A DNA stretch of 64,000 nucleotides, from assembly GCA_965215505.1 (NCBI GenBank), contig OZ244065.1:32001-96000 (forward strand), given 5' to 3'. The notes under the pieces were generated by a model. It was not told the DNA's origin. It did not search any database and saw only the letters and a list, made by a program, of their open reading frames with translations. Positions within the stretch are counted from its first letter, which is position 1, and each line of letters opens with the position of its first letter. The position numbers were made by a program, and so were the translations under genes. This document shows positions 44,630 to 54,664 of this stretch, in pieces. The stretch comes from Capsulimonadaceae bacterium (GTDB lineage Bacteria > Armatimonadota > Armatimonadia > Armatimonadales > Capsulimonadaceae).

Positions 44630-47600
44630 ATGACACGGAAAAAGATGCAAGGCGGAAGAGCCTGCCGGGCACGTCGAGGGTGGATGAGTCGGGGGGCTGC
44701 GCTGCTGGCGGCCATGCTGGGGGCTACGGGCGGCGCGCAGGCGCAGCAGGCGGCGAAGACCGTGCCGCACCCGACGGATCTGTCCCAGGGGAACACGCTC
44801 TACCTCGTCGGCTACGCCCACCTGGACACGCAGTGGCGCTGGTCGTACCCGCAGGTGATCCGGGAGTTCATCCCCAACACCATGCACAACAACTTCCGGC
44901 TGTTCGACCAGTACCCCGACTACGTCTTCAACTTCAGCGGGTCGCGCCGCTATGAGATGATGAAGGAGTACTATCCGGACGACTATCTGAAAGTGAAGCA
45001 GTACGTCAAAGCCGGCAAGTGGTTTCCCTGCGGCTCGTCGGTGGATGAGGGCGACGCCAACGTGCCCTCCGCCGAGTCCCTGGTGCGCCACACCCTCTAC
45101 GGCAACCATTTCTTCCGCCGCGAGTTCGGCGTCGCCAGCCAGGAGTTCATGCTCCCGGACTGCTTCGGATTCCCTTACGCCCTGCCGACAGTGCTCGCCC
45201 ACTGCGGCATCCAGGGCTTCTCCACCCAGAAGCTCACCTGGGGGTCGGCGATCGGCATCCCCTTCCCGGTCGGCGTCTGGCAGGGGCCGGACGGCAAAGG
45301 CGTCGTGGCGGCCCTGGACCCCGGCAGCTACGCCGCCGGGTTCAACGAGGACCTGAGCCGGAACACGAGCTGGCTGGCGCGCATCCAGAAGACCGGCGCG
45401 TCGTCCGGCGCCTTCGTGGACTACCACTACTACGGCACGGGCGACCGGGGCGGGGCACCCGATGAGCGGTCCGTCGGCTGGATGGAGAAGAGCATCGTCG
45501 GGCCGGGACAGGTCAAAGTGGTCTCCGCCAGGGCCGACGAGCTGGTCAAGACGCTGACGCCGGCTCAGGTCGCCAGGATGCCGCGCTACAAGGGCGAGCT
45601 TCTGCTGACCCAGCACTCGGCGGGGTCCATCACGTCGGAAGCCTACATGAAGCGGTGGAACCGCAAGAACGAGCTGCTGGCCGACGCGGCGGAGCGCGCC
45701 TCGGTCGCCGCCTCCTGGCTTGGCGGGGCGAGTTACCCCACCAAGCGGCTGTATGATGCCTGGGACCTGGTGCTGGGTTCGCAGATGCACGACATGCTGC
45801 CGGGGACCAGCCTCCCCATCGCCTATGACTACTGCTGGAACGATGAGCTTCTGGCCCTGAACCAGTTCGGGGCGGTGACACAGGACGCGGTCGGCTCGGT
45901 CGCGTCCGCCCTGGACACGCGGGCGAAGGGCGTCGCGGTCGTCGTCTATAACCCACTGGCGACGGCCCGAGAAGACGTGGCCGAGGCGACCCTGACTTTC
46001 CCAAGCGCGGCCCCGGCACGGATACAGGTCTACGGCCCGAGCGGCCTGCCCGTGCCGACCCAGACTCTGGCGCGAGAGGGGAACACGGCCAGAATCCTGT
46101 TCCTGGCCCGCGTCCCTTCCACCGGCTTCGCGGCCTTCGACGCACGGCCCTTCACATCCAAGGCGGGGGCGGGCGGCCTCAAAGTCGGCCCCAACTCGCT
46201 TGAAAACGCCCGGTTCCGGGTGACGCTCAACGTGGACGGCGATATCGCCTCGCTCTACGACAAAGTGAATCACAAGGAGACGCTGGCGAACCCCGCCCGA
46301 CTGGCCTTCCAGTACGAGAATCCCAGCGCGTTTCCTGCCTGGAACATGGACTGGGCGGACGCCCAGAAAGCTCCGCGCGGCTATGTGAACGGCCCGGCCC
46401 AGGTGCGGGTCGTCGAGTCCGGCCCGGTGCGGGTCGCCCTGGAAGTGACGCGGACGACTGACGGCTCGCGGTTCGTGCAAACGATCCGGCTGGCGTCCGG
46501 CGGGGCAGGGGACCGCGTCGAGGTGGCGAACAAGATAGACTGGCAGACCCGGCAGACGGCCCTCAAAGCGTCCTTTCCGCTTACGACCCCGAACCCAAAG
46601 GCGACTTACGACCTGCAAGTCGGGGCCATCGAGCGGGGCAACAACGACCCCAAGAAGTACGAGGTTCCGCAGCACCAGTGGTTCGACCTGACTGCCGTGG
46701 ACGGCAGATACGGCGTCGCGGTCCTCAACGACTCCAAATTCGGATCGGACAAGCCCGACGACGGCACCGTGCGTCTGACTCTCTTGTACACCCCCGGTGT
46801 CCGGGGCGGCTACCAGGATCAGGCGACGCAGGACACCGGGCGGCACGACATCCTCTACGCGCTGGCCCCCCATGTGGGCGATTGGCGGCAGGCCAATGTC
46901 CCCTGGACGGCCAAGCGGCTCAACCAGCCTTTAATGACTTTCCAAACGCCTTCCCACGCCGGGGCGCTGGGCAAGACGCTCTCGCTGGCCTCCGTCAGCA
47001 CCCCGCAGGTCGAGATCTCGGCCGTGAAGAAGGCCGAGGACAGCGGCGAGATCATCGTCCGCCTGCGGGAGCTGCGCGGGAAACCTGCATCAGGCGTACA
47101 GGTCAGGATGGCCGCCCCGATCCTCTCGGCCCGCGAGGTGAACGGGCAGGAGGCACGGCTCGGCCCGGCGACCGTAAGGAACGGCGTCCTGACCACCGAC
47201 ATCGGCGGCTTCGGGCTGCGCGCGTTCGCGCTGAAGCTGGGCCGCCCGTCGGCCCACTCCGCCCCGATCCAGAGCCGGCCCGTCGCGCTCGCCTATGACA
47301 TAGACGCGGTCAGCTTCACCCGCGCGCCCGCCGACGGTTCCTTCGACGCATCGGGCCGGACATTCCCCGGCGAGGCGATGCCCGCCACGGTCGTCGCCGA
47401 CGGGATCGTGTTCAAGACCGGCCCGACGGCGGACGGCGCGAAGAACGCGCTGTCCTGCCGGGGGCAGACGATCGCGCTGCCCGCCGGGCAGAGGCGGGTG
47501 TACCTGTTGGCTGCCTCCTCGGACGGCGACATCCCCGCCCGCTTCACCGTCGGCGGCGAGACCTATCCGGCCACGGTGCAGGACTGGGGCGGCTTCATCG

Positions 47601-49006
47601 GGCAGTGGGACAATCGGCTCTGGCAGGGCGACGTGCCGGAACTGTCTTACGACTGGCACAACGAGTTCGGCGGCCTGACGCCCGGCTATGTGAAGCCCGC
47701 CGAGGTGGCCTGGTTCTCCTCGCACCGGCACAACCCGGCGAGCGGCAACGAGTTCTACGCCTACAGCTACCTGTTCAAGTACGGGTTCGACGTCCCCGCC
47801 GGGGCGGCCTCGCTGACGCTGCCCGATGACCCGCGCATCCGCGTCTTCGCCGTCTCCGTGACCGGCGGCGGGCACGACAGCGCCGTGGCCTCCCGACCCC
47901 TGTCCGACACGCTGGCCGACCACAAGGCAGGCGGCGGGCCGGAGACCGCGCCGACCATCTCGCCTGGGGGCGGCACGTTCCACGACGCGACCGTCGTGAC
48001 CATCCAGCACCCGCTCTACTGGCGCGTCGGCGGCCTGCACTACACCCTGGACGGCAGCGCGCCGACGGCGGCCTCGCCGGTCTACACCGGCCCCTTCACC
48101 CTGGAAGACGTGGCGACGGTCCGGGCGGCGGAGATCGACGGGGTGGGCGCGACGCAGAACATGGGACAGGTCGCGAGCGCCCGGCTGGACATCCACGACA
48201 CGACGCCGCCGCTCGTCGCCTCCGGGATGCTGCTGCCGGGACTGCCGCAGGCGACGGTGGACTTTTCTAAAGCCGTATCCAAAGAAACCGCCGAGCAGGC
48301 GGCCAACTACCACTTCGATGGGGCGCTGGCCGTCAAGTCCGCTTCGCTGGACGCGAACGGCCGGACCGTCACGCTGACTCTGGACCAGGCCCCGATGCCG
48401 GCCACGGTGGCGAAGCTCACGGTCAGAGGCGTCCGGGACACGTCCCCCGCCGGCAACCTGATCGTCCCCCAGCCGGTGGACGTGACCGGCGGCGTTCGGG
48501 TCTTCGCCAGCGGGCCGCTCCAGGCGAGTACGCCCCAGGAGTTCCGGGTGGCCGACCTGCCGGTCGGGGCGCGCGACCCGTGGACGATCAACCTGTTCGT
48601 CCGGATGGACCATCAGCCGGAGAACCGCACCATGATCGCCGGTTTCGGGCGGGCGACCGACGGGCAGAGTGGGACGGGGCGCTATCTGAGCAAGTTCGCG
48701 AACGGCATCCACTTCTGGAGCGCCAACGCGGACGTCGAGACGACCACGCCGCTGGACCTCGGCCGGTGGCAGATGCTGACAGCGACCTATGACGGCCAGA
48801 CGCTGCGGGTCTACAAGAACGCCGCCCAGATCGCCGCGCAGAAGGTGGACCTCGCCGACGACCGCCCGCGCGTCGAGGTGATGCCGAAGGACCCCTGGGA
48901 GCAGGAGCGCGTCCTGAACGGCGAGGTGCGGGACATGACGATCTGGAAGCGGGCGCTCTCGCCCGAACAGCTCCAGATGCTGTCCCAGGCCGGGGGAATG
49001 AAGTAG
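44630..49006 (+). CDS. Secreted GH38 alpha-mannosidase with Fn3-associated/Ig-like and LamG domains
   Basis: AHLDTQWRW, ESLVRH, MLPDCFG, GTGDRGGAP, QMHDMLPG; HYTLDGSAPT; WQMLTATYDG LamG; signal peptide. Confidence 0.93.
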   Translation: MTRKKMQGGRACRARRGWMSRGAALLAAMLGATGGAQAQQAAKTVPHPTDLSQGNTLYLVGYAHLDTQWRWSYPQVIREFIPNTMHNNFRLFDQYPDYVFNFSGSRRYEMMKEYYPDDYLKVKQYVKAGKWFPCGSSVDEGDANVPSAESLVRHTLYGNHFFRREFGVASQEFMLPDCFGFPYALPTVLAHCGIQGFSTQKLTWGSAIGIPFPVGVWQGPDGKGVVAALDPGSYAAGFNEDLSRNTSWLARIQKTGASSGAFVDYHYYGTGDRGGAPDERSVGWMEKSIVGPGQVKVVSARADELVKTLTPAQVARMPRYKGELLLTQHSAGSITSEAYMKRWNRKNELLADAAERASVAASWLGGASYPTKRLYDAWDLVLGSQMHDMLPGTSLPIAYDYCWNDELLALNQFGAVTQDAVGSVASALDTRAKGVAVVVYNPLATAREDVAEATLTFPSAAPARIQVYGPSGLPVPTQTLAREGNTARILFLARVPSTGFAAFDARPFTSKAGAGGLKVGPNSLENARFRVTLNVDGDIASLYDKVNHKETLANPARLAFQYENPSAFPAWNMDWADAQKAPRGYVNGPAQVRVVESGPVRVALEVTRTTDGSRFVQTIRLASGGAGDRVEVANKIDWQTRQTALKASFPLTTPNPKATYDLQVGAIERGNNDPKKYEVPQHQWFDLTAVDGRYGVAVLNDSKFGSDKPDDGTVRLTLLYTPGVRGGYQDQATQDTGRHDILYALAPHVGDWRQANVPWTAKRLNQPLMTFQTPSHAGALGKTLSLASVSTPQVEISAVKKAEDSGEIIVRLRELRGKPASGVQVRMAAPILSAREVNGQEARLGPATVRNGVLTTDIGGFGLRAFALKLGRPSAHSAPIQSRPVALAYDIDAVSFTRAPADGSFDASGRTFPGEAMPATVVADGIVFKTGPTADGAKNALSCRGQTIALPAGQRRVYLLAASSDGDIPARFTVGGETYPATVQDWGGFIGQWDNRLWQGDVPELSYDWHNEFGGLTPGYVKPAEVAWFSSHRHNPASGNEFYAYSYLFKYGFDVPAGAASLTLPDDPRIRVFAVSVTGGGHDSAVASRPLSDTLADHKAGGGPETAPTISPGGGTFHDATVVTIQHPLYWRVGGLHYTLDGSAPTAASPVYTGPFTLEDVATVRAAEIDGVGATQNMGQVASARLDIHDTTPPLVASGMLLPGLPQATVDFSKAVSKETAEQAANYHFDGALAVKSASLDANGRTVTLTLDQAPMPATVAKLTVRGVRDTSPAGNLIVPQPVDVTGGVRVFASGPLQASTPQEFRVADLPVGARDPWTINLFVRMDHQPENRTMIAGFGRATDGQSGTGRYLSKFANGIHFWSANADVETTTPLDLGRWQMLTATYDGQTLRVYKNAAQIAAQKVDLADDRPRVEVMPKDPWEQERVLNGEVRDMTIWKRALSPEQLQMLSQAGGMK

Positions 49007-49010
49007 GCCC

Positions 49011-50516
49011 GTGGCGCTCCAAAGCCTGTCACGCATCCTGCGTCCGCCGCCCTCCCTGCGCGGGGCTGTGCTTGGGGCACTGCTGGTCCTGCTCCTCGCC
49101 GTTCTTGGGGCGGGCGGCAGCCGCTGCGCGGCCCACCCGGCTTCCATCGCCGCCGCCACGGCCAAAGTGCAGCCGGACGGGTACTTCTCCGTGGAGGCGC
49201 GGTTTGACCTGCTGGCGTTCGTCCTGGACGACACGCCGCAGCGCATCGGTGATGCCCCGATGAACGCCCTGCTCGACGGCCCCGGGTCCGACTTGCAGGC
49301 GCAGCTTGGCGAAGCTGAGGGCCGGTTCCGGCATGACTTTCAGGCGTCCGGCGGGTCGGGGCCGGGCGTCGTTGACGCGGTCGCTTTCCCGAGCGTGGCC
49401 GACGTGCAGAAGTGGCGCGACTCGGGAATCAAGCCGCGCCTGCCGGTCACGATGACGGTGACGGTTTCGGGCCACCTGCCGCCGGGCGCGTCTTCGGTCT
49501 CGTTCCGGTTCCCGAACGTGCTGGGCATGATCGTGGTGACGACGGAGTTTCCCTACCGAGAGCCGATCTCCGAGCCGGTGGAAGCCGGGGCCTTCAGCAC
49601 GCCCCTGCCCCTGACCGCCGCCCTCCCGGCCGCCGCCGCTGTGGAGACATCATCTGCCCCCATGACGGCACCGGCTGTCCCGGTGGTCAAGGCGATCACC
49701 GCGCCCAAGCCCAAGCGCGCGGTAGCCAAAGCGCCGCACCCGACAACCGTTGCAACTCCGCAGATGCTCGCTACGCCCCGTCTTATTCCGCCCTCGGTCG
49801 CGCCTCCCGCCGCGCCGAAGCCTGCCCCGGCGGTTGGGCCACGGCTTGCCGTGAGGCCGGTAAGTCGATCCACCTTCAGGCCAACCCAGGCGGTTCAGCC
49901 CGCTCCGGCGGTGCCGATCATGGCTCCGCCCGCGCCGCCCGTCACGCACCCGCTGCCCTGGCCGGTGCTGGTGTTCCGCTATGTCCAGATGGGCTACACG
50001 CACATCCTGCCCCAAGGGCTGGACCATATCCTGTTCGTGCTCGGCCTATTCCTGCTCTCCACCCGGCTCAAGCCGCTGCTGTGGCAGATCACCGCCTTCA
50101 CCGTGGCGCACTCGCTGACCCTGGCGCTGTCTTTGTACGGCTTGGTGCGCCTGCCGCCCACCATCATCGAGCCGGTGATCGCCGCCTCCATCGCCTTCGT
50201 CGCGATTGAAAACCTGTTCACGACGGAGCTGAAGCCGTGGCGGCCGTTCGTCGTGTTCGGCTTCGGGCTGGTACACGGCATGGGGTTCGCGGGCGCGCTG
50301 AAGGACCTGGGGTTGCAGCGGCACGACTTCCTGACGGCCCTAGTGGGCTTCAACGCGGGCGTGGAGCTAGGGCAACTGTCGGTCGTGGCCCTCGCCTTGC
50401 TCGCGGTCGGCTGGCTCCGTTCCCGGCCAAGCTACCGCCGCCTGGTCGTCGTCCCTGCCTCGGTCATGATCGCCGCCGTCGCCGTGTTCTGGACCTTCCA
50501 GCGAATCCTGGCCTAA
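49011..50516 (+). CDS. HupE/UreJ family protein with exported N-domain and Pro/Ala linker
   Basis: GYTHILPQGLDHILFV, TAFTVAHSLTL, EPVIAASI, FGLVHGMGFA, FNAGVELGQ. Confidence 0.9.
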   Translation: MALQSLSRILRPPPSLRGAVLGALLVLLLAVLGAGGSRCAAHPASIAAATAKVQPDGYFSVEARFDLLAFVLDDTPQRIGDAPMNALLDGPGSDLQAQLGEAEGRFRHDFQASGGSGPGVVDAVAFPSVADVQKWRDSGIKPRLPVTMTVTVSGHLPPGASSVSFRFPNVLGMIVVTTEFPYREPISEPVEAGAFSTPLPLTAALPAAAAVETSSAPMTAPAVPVVKAITAPKPKRAVAKAPHPTTVATPQMLATPRLIPPSVAPPAAPKPAPAVGPRLAVRPVSRSTFRPTQAVQPAPAVPIMAPPAPPVTHPLPWPVLVFRYVQMGYTHILPQGLDHILFVLGLFLLSTRLKPLLWQITAFTVAHSLTLALSLYGLVRLPPTIIEPVIAASIAFVAIENLFTTELKPWRPFVVFGFGLVHGMGFAGALKDLGLQRHDFLTALVGFNAGVELGQLSVVALALLAVGWLRSRPSYRRLVVVPASVMIAAVAVFWTFQRILA

Positions 50517-50547
50517 ATGGAAGCGCAAAAAGGAGGCGAAAAGAAAA

Positions 50548-50571
50548 GGGCGCGATGAATCGCGCCCCTAC
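50548..50571 (-). repeat. GTAG-type REP-like hairpin, also a likely terminator
   Basis: Minus strand GTAG-GGGCGCGATTCATCGCGCCC followed by TTTTCTTTT. Confidence 0.6.
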
Positions 50572-50583
50572 CTGGCTTCCGCC

Positions 50584-51726
50584 CTAATTCTCGTTCGGCA
50601 CACTGTTCGCGACCACCAGTACGTCTATCCCGCGCACCAGGCGGATCAGGTCGTTGATGATGGACCCTTGCGCCATCTCCTGCAAGCGAGTCCGGCCCGA
50701 ATGGCCGATCACGATCTGGCTGACCTGGTGCGCGCGCGCGTAATCGGCCAGCGCCTGGGCGATGCCTTTGCCTTCCGTCCGCTCGATGCGGACGCCGAGC
50801 CGGTTGGCGAGGGCGAAGTCGCTTTCCAGAACCTTCTGCTGCTCCAGCGTCACCTTCCCCTGCGGCACATAGACGGCCACCATGTCCGCCTGGAGGCGCT
50901 GGGCGATGCGCCAGCCCCGGCGCAGAAGCCGGTCGGAGGGCTTGTCGGGCGAGATGCAGACCATGACCCGTTCCTGCGTCTGCCACGGCTCGGAGACGTG
51001 CTGCTCCTCGCGGTAGGTTTGGACGTTCCGGTCCACCGACCCGGCGACCTCGCGCAGCATGATCTCGCGCAGGGCGGACAGGTTGCCCTCGGTGAAGAAG
51101 TTTTCCAAGGCCTGCGGGACCTTGTCGGGGGGGTAGACGTCGCCGCGCTGCAAGCGGTTGATGAGCGAGCGCGGCGTGAGGTCCTTGGTGACGATCTCGT
51201 CGGCCTCCGTCAGCACCCAGTCGGGGACGGTTTCGCGCACCTTGACGTTCGTGATCTGGTAGATGGTGTCGTTGAGGCTTTCGAGGTGCTGCACGTTCAT
51301 CGTGCTCTCGACGTTGATCCCGGCGTTCAGGATCTCGATCACGTCCTGGTAGCGCTTCTCGTTCTTGGAGCCGGGGATGTTGGTATGAGCCAGCTCGTCC
51401 ACCAGCACCCACTGGGGCCGACGGGCAATGACGGCCTCGGTGTCCATCTCCTCGAAGGTCGCGCCCTTGTACTCGATCTTCCGGCGCGGGATGACCTCCA
51501 GGTCCCCGATCTGCGCCTCGGTGTCCTTGCGCTTGTGGGTTTCGACGTAGCCGATGACCACGTCCTGGCCGCTCTCGTGCTTGCGGCGGTTCGCCTCGCA
51601 CAGCATCTCGAACGTCTTGCCGACACCGGCGGCGAAGCCCAGCAGGATCTTAAAGCGCCCCCGGCTGGCCGCGCGCTCCGCCTTCTGGACCCGCGCCAGC
51701 AGTTCTTCGGGTGTGCATCTGTTCAT
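50584..51726 (-). CDS. kdpD: Stand-alone KdpD N-terminal (KdpD + Usp) protein
   Basis: GFAAGVGKT, VDELAHTN, KRYQDV, NVQHLESLND, VRETVPD, NFFTEGNLSALRE, Usp domain; no TM or kinase. Confidence 0.92.
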   Translation of the reverse strand: MNRCTPEELLARVQKAERAASRGRFKILLGFAAGVGKTFEMLCEANRRKHESGQDVVIGYVETHKRKDTEAQIGDLEVIPRRKIEYKGATFEEMDTEAVIARRPQWVLVDELAHTNIPGSKNEKRYQDVIEILNAGINVESTMNVQHLESLNDTIYQITNVKVRETVPDWVLTEADEIVTKDLTPRSLINRLQRGDVYPPDKVPQALENFFTEGNLSALREIMLREVAGSVDRNVQTYREEQHVSEPWQTQERVMVCISPDKPSDRLLRRGWRIAQRLQADMVAVYVPQGKVTLEQQKVLESDFALANRLGVRIERTEGKGIAQALADYARAHQVSQIVIGHSGRTRLQEMAQGSIINDLIRLVRGIDVLVVANSVPNEN

Positions 51727-51783
51727 GCCCCTCTTGTTCCACGCCCGCCCCGCCGGTTCCTGCTTCCCCGGCCGTGGCGGACC

Positions 51784-53508
51784 TTAATGCTTCATCATCA
51801 GGTGCTCGACGACCGGCCCCAGGGCGAGGGCGGGCAGGCAACTCAGGCCGACGACGATGACGGCCGTGCCGACGATCAGGGAGGCGAATTGCAGCGTGTC
51901 CGTGGGCAATGTCCCGGTCGTCGGCGGGCGGCGGCCCTGCCGCGCGAACAGGCCCGCCAATGCCAGCGCGGGGATGGCGAGGCCGAAGCGCCCGGCCATC
52001 ATCGCAATCGCCGTGGTGGTGTTATAGAACGGCGTGTTCCCGTTCAGGCCGGCGAAGGTCTGCCCGTTGTTCGCGAAGCAGCTCGTGTAGGCGTACAGGA
52101 CTTCGGTCAGCCCGTGCGGGCCGTCGCTGCCGATCCCCGCAAGGCCGGCCTTCGTTTCGAGCGCCAGGGCGGTCAGCAGCAGGACGGCGAAGGGCGTGGC
52201 GACGGTGTAGAGCGTGATCAGCTTCACCTCGCGCGGCCCGATCTGCTTGCCCAGATACTCGGGCGTCCGGCCCACCATCAGCCCGGCGATGAACAGGCCG
52301 ACGAGAGCGACCATGAGGATCGAGTACAGCCCCGTCCCCAGGCCGCCGAAGATCATCTCGCCCAGCAGCATGTTGACCAGCGGGACCATGCCGCCCAGGG
52401 GCATGTAGCTGTCGTGGGAGGAGTTGGTCGAGCCGGTCGCGCCGTTGGAGGTGACGATGGCGGTCAGCACCGAGCCGCCGATGCCGAAGCGTGTTTCCTT
52501 GCCCTCCATGTTGCCGCCCGGCTGCCCCGCCGTCACCGCCGGGATGAGGTTCGCCGACCGGACGATGGCCGGGTTGCCCCCCTGCTCCGGCGGGGCGCAG
52601 AAGGCCAGGCCGGCGACGAACAGCGACGTCATCACCCAGAACAGCACCCAGCCCTGGCGGGGCCGCCCGACCATGCGCCCGAAGGTGTGGGTCAGGGCGG
52701 CGGGCAGGGCCGCGATCGCCAGCATCTCCAGGAAGTTCGTCAGCGGCGTCGGGTTTTCGAATGGGTGCGCGCCGTTGACGTTGAAGAATCCGCCGCCGTT
52801 GGTGCCCAGGTTTTTGATCAATTCTAGTGCCGCGACCGGCCCCTGCGCGATGGTCTGGCCGCCGCCTTCCAGGCCCGTCGCCGCCGTGTAGTGGTGGAAG
52901 TTCATCGGGACACCCTGCCAGACCAGGACGAGGCTGCCGAGGAGCGAGAAGGGCAGCAGCACCCAGAGCGTCGCCCGCGTCAGGTCCACCCAGAAGGAGC
53001 CGAGCTTGTCCGTGTCCCGCCGGGCCAGGCCTCGGATGAAGGCGACGCCCAGCGCCAGTCCCGCCGCGCCCGCCAGGAAGTTCTGCCCGGCCAGCCCGAC
53101 GACCTGACTGAAATAGGACATCGTGTTCTCGCCGCCATATGCCTGCCACGTCGAGGTGGTCGCGAAGCTGATGGCCGTGTTCATCGCGAGGTCCGGCGTC
53201 ATCGGCGTGGTCAGGCTCGCCTTGTCGTACCAGGGGAGGAAAGCCTGTAAGCGCAGGAGGGCATAGAGAATCAGCGTCCCGACGAGGCTGAAAAGTGTGA
53301 ACGAGAGCGCGTACTGCTTCCAGTCCATCTCGGCCTCCGCGTCAACGCCGGTCACGCGGTAGACCAGCCGCTCGCACGGTCGGAGCAGGGGGTCGAGGAG
53401 TGTCTTGCCGTCGTCAAAGACCCGCGCCATGTAGCCGCCGAGCGGCCTGACGAGGAGGAAGACGACCAGCAGGAAGGCCGCGTACTGTAATAAGTTCTCT
53501 ACACTCAT
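51784..53508 (-). CDS. kdpA: Potassium-transporting ATPase subunit A, second divergent copy
   Basis: GTNGGGFFNVNGAHPFENP, NMEGKETRFG, MVGRTPEYLGK; filter variants TTSTWQ and NNGQ. Confidence 0.92.
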   Translation of the reverse strand: MSVENLLQYAAFLLVVFLLVRPLGGYMARVFDDGKTLLDPLLRPCERLVYRVTGVDAEAEMDWKQYALSFTLFSLVGTLILYALLRLQAFLPWYDKASLTTPMTPDLAMNTAISFATTSTWQAYGGENTMSYFSQVVGLAGQNFLAGAAGLALGVAFIRGLARRDTDKLGSFWVDLTRATLWVLLPFSLLGSLVLVWQGVPMNFHHYTAATGLEGGGQTIAQGPVAALELIKNLGTNGGGFFNVNGAHPFENPTPLTNFLEMLAIAALPAALTHTFGRMVGRPRQGWVLFWVMTSLFVAGLAFCAPPEQGGNPAIVRSANLIPAVTAGQPGGNMEGKETRFGIGGSVLTAIVTSNGATGSTNSSHDSYMPLGGMVPLVNMLLGEMIFGGLGTGLYSILMVALVGLFIAGLMVGRTPEYLGKQIGPREVKLITLYTVATPFAVLLLTALALETKAGLAGIGSDGPHGLTEVLYAYTSCFANNGQTFAGLNGNTPFYNTTTAIAMMAGRFGLAIPALALAGLFARQGRRPPTTGTLPTDTLQFASLIVGTAVIVVGLSCLPALALGPVVEHLMMKH

Positions 53509-53696
53509 CTTGATGGTTCCTACTGACTTGCTTGGAACCGTCATCAGATGAGGCGTTCATCGGCTGACTGAATGTTCCGAGCCTCGATGAACGTCTTGGT
53601 CCATCCGCCGGGCTGCCTCAAGTTGTCTCTTGGTCGGCAGCAGTTTCTTGTGGGTAGGTGATTGACTGACGGTACACGGTGCCGGCCCCGGTCCCG

Positions 53697-53815
53697 GCGA
53701 GTGGTTGAAAACCACTCGCTAGGAGAAGCGTCCTGCGGACGGGCAGAGGCGGCGCATGGGCTTTATCTTCTGTCCGAAGGACACCTGGCCTAGCGAGTGG
53801 TTTTCAACCACTCGC
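53697..53815. repeat. REPIN/MITE-like element: perfect 27-bp inverted repeats, each itself a hairpin
   Basis: GCGAGTGGTTGAAAACCACTCGCTAGG (53697-53723) and its exact reverse complement (53789-53815); inner imperfect IR. Confidence 0.8.
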
Positions 53816-53893
53816 TCTCGCTCGGCATCGCGTAACAACATCGGCGATTAGCGAGAGGGCCGCGCCGGACAAGTCCGGCGCGGCCCTGGCGGG

Positions 53894-53959
53894 CTACTTT
53901 TTGCCCTTCTTCTTGTCTTTCTTCTTGTCGTCCTTCTTGTCGTCCTTCTTCTTGCTCAT
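53894..53959 (-). CDS. 21-aa Lys/Asp-rich peptide after kdpC
   Basis: AAAGGAGG RBS then MSKKKDDKKDDKKKDKKKGKK*. Confidence 0.5.
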   Translation of the reverse strand: MSKKKDDKKDDKKKDKKKGKK

Positions 53960-53998
53960 CGCATCCATCCTCCTTTCCTCTGTGTTTGTGCGCTCTTG

Positions 53999-54652
53999 TC
54001 ATTTCTTCGCCGGCGCGGGCGGCATCGGGGCGGCCTTATCCAGGGCCACGTTCAGGGTCAGCACGTTGACGACCGGCTCGCCCAGGAAGCCGAAGGAGCG
54101 GCCCCGCGTGTTCTGCTTGATCAGGCCGCGCACGGTGTCGCCCGTCATGCTGCGCGCCTTGGCGACGCGGTCGGCCTGGAGTTCGGCGTTGGCCGGGCTG
54201 ATGTGTGGGTCCAGTCCCGAGGCGGACCGGGTGACGGCGTCCACGGGGACGGGCGTACCGTCGGCCAGGCCGTTGTCTTTGCGGTAGGCCGCCGCCAGGT
54301 CCTTGACGCCGTCGAAGTTGGTTGGGTCGTCCTTGCCGTTCGCCAGCTTCTTGTGGATGCCGTTGATCAGCTTGTCGCTGGTCGGGCCGAGGTTCGTGCC
54401 GCTGCTGGCCGTCGGGTCGTAGCCGCTGCCCGCCGCCGAGGGGCGGGGGTGGAAGTACTCGGGCTTGGTGAAGCCCTGGGCCAGCAGCTCGGAGCCGATG
54501 ACCGTGCCCTGCGCGTTCGTAATGAGGCTGCCGTTCGCCTGGTGCTTGAAGGCGACCTGTGCCAGCCCCCAGACGACCAGGGGGTAGACGCCGCTCACGA
54601 GCAGCAGCAGGACCAGAGTGATCCTTAATGAGATGACCAGTTGTTTTGCCAT
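53999..54652 (-). CDS. kdpC: Potassium-transporting ATPase subunit C
   Basis: YPLVV, ANGSLI, YFHPRPSAAG, SGTNLGP, SASGLDPHISP, VNVLTLN. Confidence 0.96.
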   Translation of the reverse strand: MAKQLVISLRITLVLLLLVSGVYPLVVWGLAQVAFKHQANGSLITNAQGTVIGSELLAQGFTKPEYFHPRPSAAGSGYDPTASSGTNLGPTSDKLINGIHKKLANGKDDPTNFDGVKDLAAAYRKDNGLADGTPVPVDAVTRSASGLDPHISPANAELQADRVAKARSMTGDTVRGLIKQNTRGRSFGFLGEPVVNVLTLNVALDKAAPMPPAPAKK

Positions 54653-54664
54653 AATAAGAAGTTC

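Noticed and set aside
53697-53815. Possible CRISPR array
   Set aside because: Only two copies, inverted rather than direct, and no cas genes.
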